From NCBI GenBank assembly GCA_902473035.1, contig CABRQG010000001.1, forward strand, positions 1 to 47,068: 47,068 nucleotides of DNA, written 5' to 3'. Under the pieces are notes generated by a model that saw only the letters and a list, made by a program, of their open reading frames with translations, was not told where the DNA came from and made no database searches. Within the stretch, counting starts at the first letter, position 1. Each line of letters starts with the position of its first letter. Below, one piece after another: positions 45,958 to 47,068 of this stretch. Position numbers and translations under genes: made by a program. The stretch comes from an uncultured Eubacteriales bacterium (GTDB lineage Bacteria > Bacillota > Clostridia > Christensenellales > Christensenellaceae).

Positions 45958-46971
45958 TTAGAGTAAAACCACCTGATTGCTGCCGTTGGATTTTTCAGCT
46001 GCCTCTAGCACAGCGATAACCTTGGCAATGTCCGCCGGATCAATCGCGGGCTCCGCCCCATTGGCGATGGTATTATAGAGCTTCTGATAGATAACCTCGG
46101 GAGGTACCGCTGGCAGCTCCAACTCCTTTTCCTTTCCCTCCTGGTAGAGTTTCAGCGAGCCAGGTGCCAGCATATCCTCCCCAATGGATAGAAACTCCAA
46201 ACGCCCACAGGTGCCTTGAACGGTAAATTGCCTCAAGTCCTCATCCGCCTCGTAGTCGATCTCAATATGGGCGGACACATCATCCGGAAAGCGCAATAGC
46301 ATATTGGTATAGCAATCACCGGTAAACTCCCATCCTTTGGAGGAGAGTACTGCATACACGCTCACAGGATCTGCTCCGTGAAGGTTGAGCATCATATCTG
46401 TCAGGTGGGGCCCCCAAGAGAACAGCGCTCCTCCCCCATATTCCTTATTTCTCTCCCAATTCTTTACATAGCTGGGAGCTCCCTCATAGCCACCCCAGCC
46501 GCTGAACAATTTTGCCGAGGTGTATATGAGGTCTCCAATGGTTCCCTTTTTCGCCATGTCGCTGATCACATGAAAGGCCATTGTACCGTTGTATCTGTGG
46601 TTGTGGTTAACCGCCAATACTTTTCCGGACTTTTTAGCTACTTCCACCATTTTCCAACACTCTTCTGCTGTGAGCGCCATGGGCTTTTCGGTAAGCACAT
46701 GCTTGCCTGCTTCTAATCCCTTGATTACATACTCGCAGTGAAATTTCGGTGGAGTCAAGGTTAAAATTAAATCCACATTCTCCATGCCCAGCATCTGTTC
46801 GTAGGATTCACAGGCGATCGCTCCGTATTCTTTGGCAATTTCCTCTGTGCGTGGCCCATAGGTATCGTAAACAGCTACAATCTCATATTGATCCGCTAAC
46901 TTCTGAATAAATGGAACATTATAGTCCAGTGCGCGGCCCAAGCCCGCAATGCCGACGTTTATCTTTTTCAT
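45958..46971 (-). CDS. Gfo/Idh/MocA-family oxidoreductase
   Basis: INVGIAGLGR Rossmann N-terminus and EKPMALT motif; 337 aa. Confidence 0.85.
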   Translation of the reverse strand: MKKINVGIAGLGRALDYNVPFIQKLADQYEIVAVYDTYGPRTEEIAKEYGAIACESYEQMLGMENVDLILTLTPPKFHCEYVIKGLEAGKHVLTEKPMALTAEECWKMVEVAKKSGKVLAVNHNHRYNGTMAFHVISDMAKKGTIGDLIYTSAKLFSGWGGYEGAPSYVKNWERNKEYGGGALFSWGPHLTDMMLNLHGADPVSVYAVLSSKGWEFTGDCYTNMLLRFPDDVSAHIEIDYEADEDLRQFTVQGTCGRLEFLSIGEDMLAPGSLKLYQEGKEKELELPAVPPEVIYQKLYNTIANGAEPAIDPADIAKVIAVLEAAEKSNGSNQVVLL

Positions 46972-47068
46972 TTTGGCACCTCTTTTCCTGTGATAAGTTC
47001 TTTTAAGTAGTCAAAGCTATCTTTGGCGCATTCCAGAGACGGTTTATCAAAGAAATCCTGCTCTACCA
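46968..47068 (-). CDS. 3' end of an unidentified upstream gene (5' part outside window)
   Basis: Minus-strand frame open from the window edge (..VEQDFFDKPSLECAKDSFDYLKELITGKEVPK). It ends in a TGA overlapping the next ATG (ATGA). Confidence 0.4.
   Translation of the reverse strand, partial: VEQDFFDKPSLECAKDSFDYLKELITGKEVPK

Overview
47-kb chromosomal window from a Gram-positive anaerobe. Clostridia-like signals include a T-box leader, a hisZ-type his operon, split transketolases, rubrerythrin and near-consensus TTGACA-17-TATAAT promoters. Most genes lie on the minus strand. The core content is a partial yfbR-like gene, tadA, T-box-controlled leuS, bioY with a BirA operator, hisZGDBHAF(IE), a lone tRNA-Val(UAC), ddh, rubrerythrin and deoC. 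It also holds a P-type ATPase, a YtrA/GntR-ABC module, a small alarmone synthetase next to a mini K+ channel, MarR-MATE, and an FmdE-like/methyltransferase pair.

Three regions stand out:
(1) 6.5-18.3 kb: a LacI-controlled 13-gene sugar locus. It has an ABC importer, two SDRs (one lacking the catalytic YxxxK), a RhaM-like mutarotase and an amidohydrolase-2. It also has two divergent split-transketolase pairs flanking a cupin, and no kinase, aldolase or dehydratase.
(2) 18.6-18.95 kb: the trailer and terminator of tRNA-Val amplified as a 94/189-bp tandem array with four terminator hairpins.
(3) 27.4-33.5 kb: an AT-rich accessory island. It holds a phage tail-chaperone plus tape-measure-like remnant and two tandem paralogous lipoproteins with conserved ends and divergent cores. 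About 12 copies of an 18-bp palindrome (TACAYC-N6-GRTGTA) are scattered through about 800 bp of ORF-free DNA and the inter-paralog spacer.

No CRISPR array, rRNA, transposase or recombinase was seen. All functional calls come from reading motifs by eye; no database search was run.
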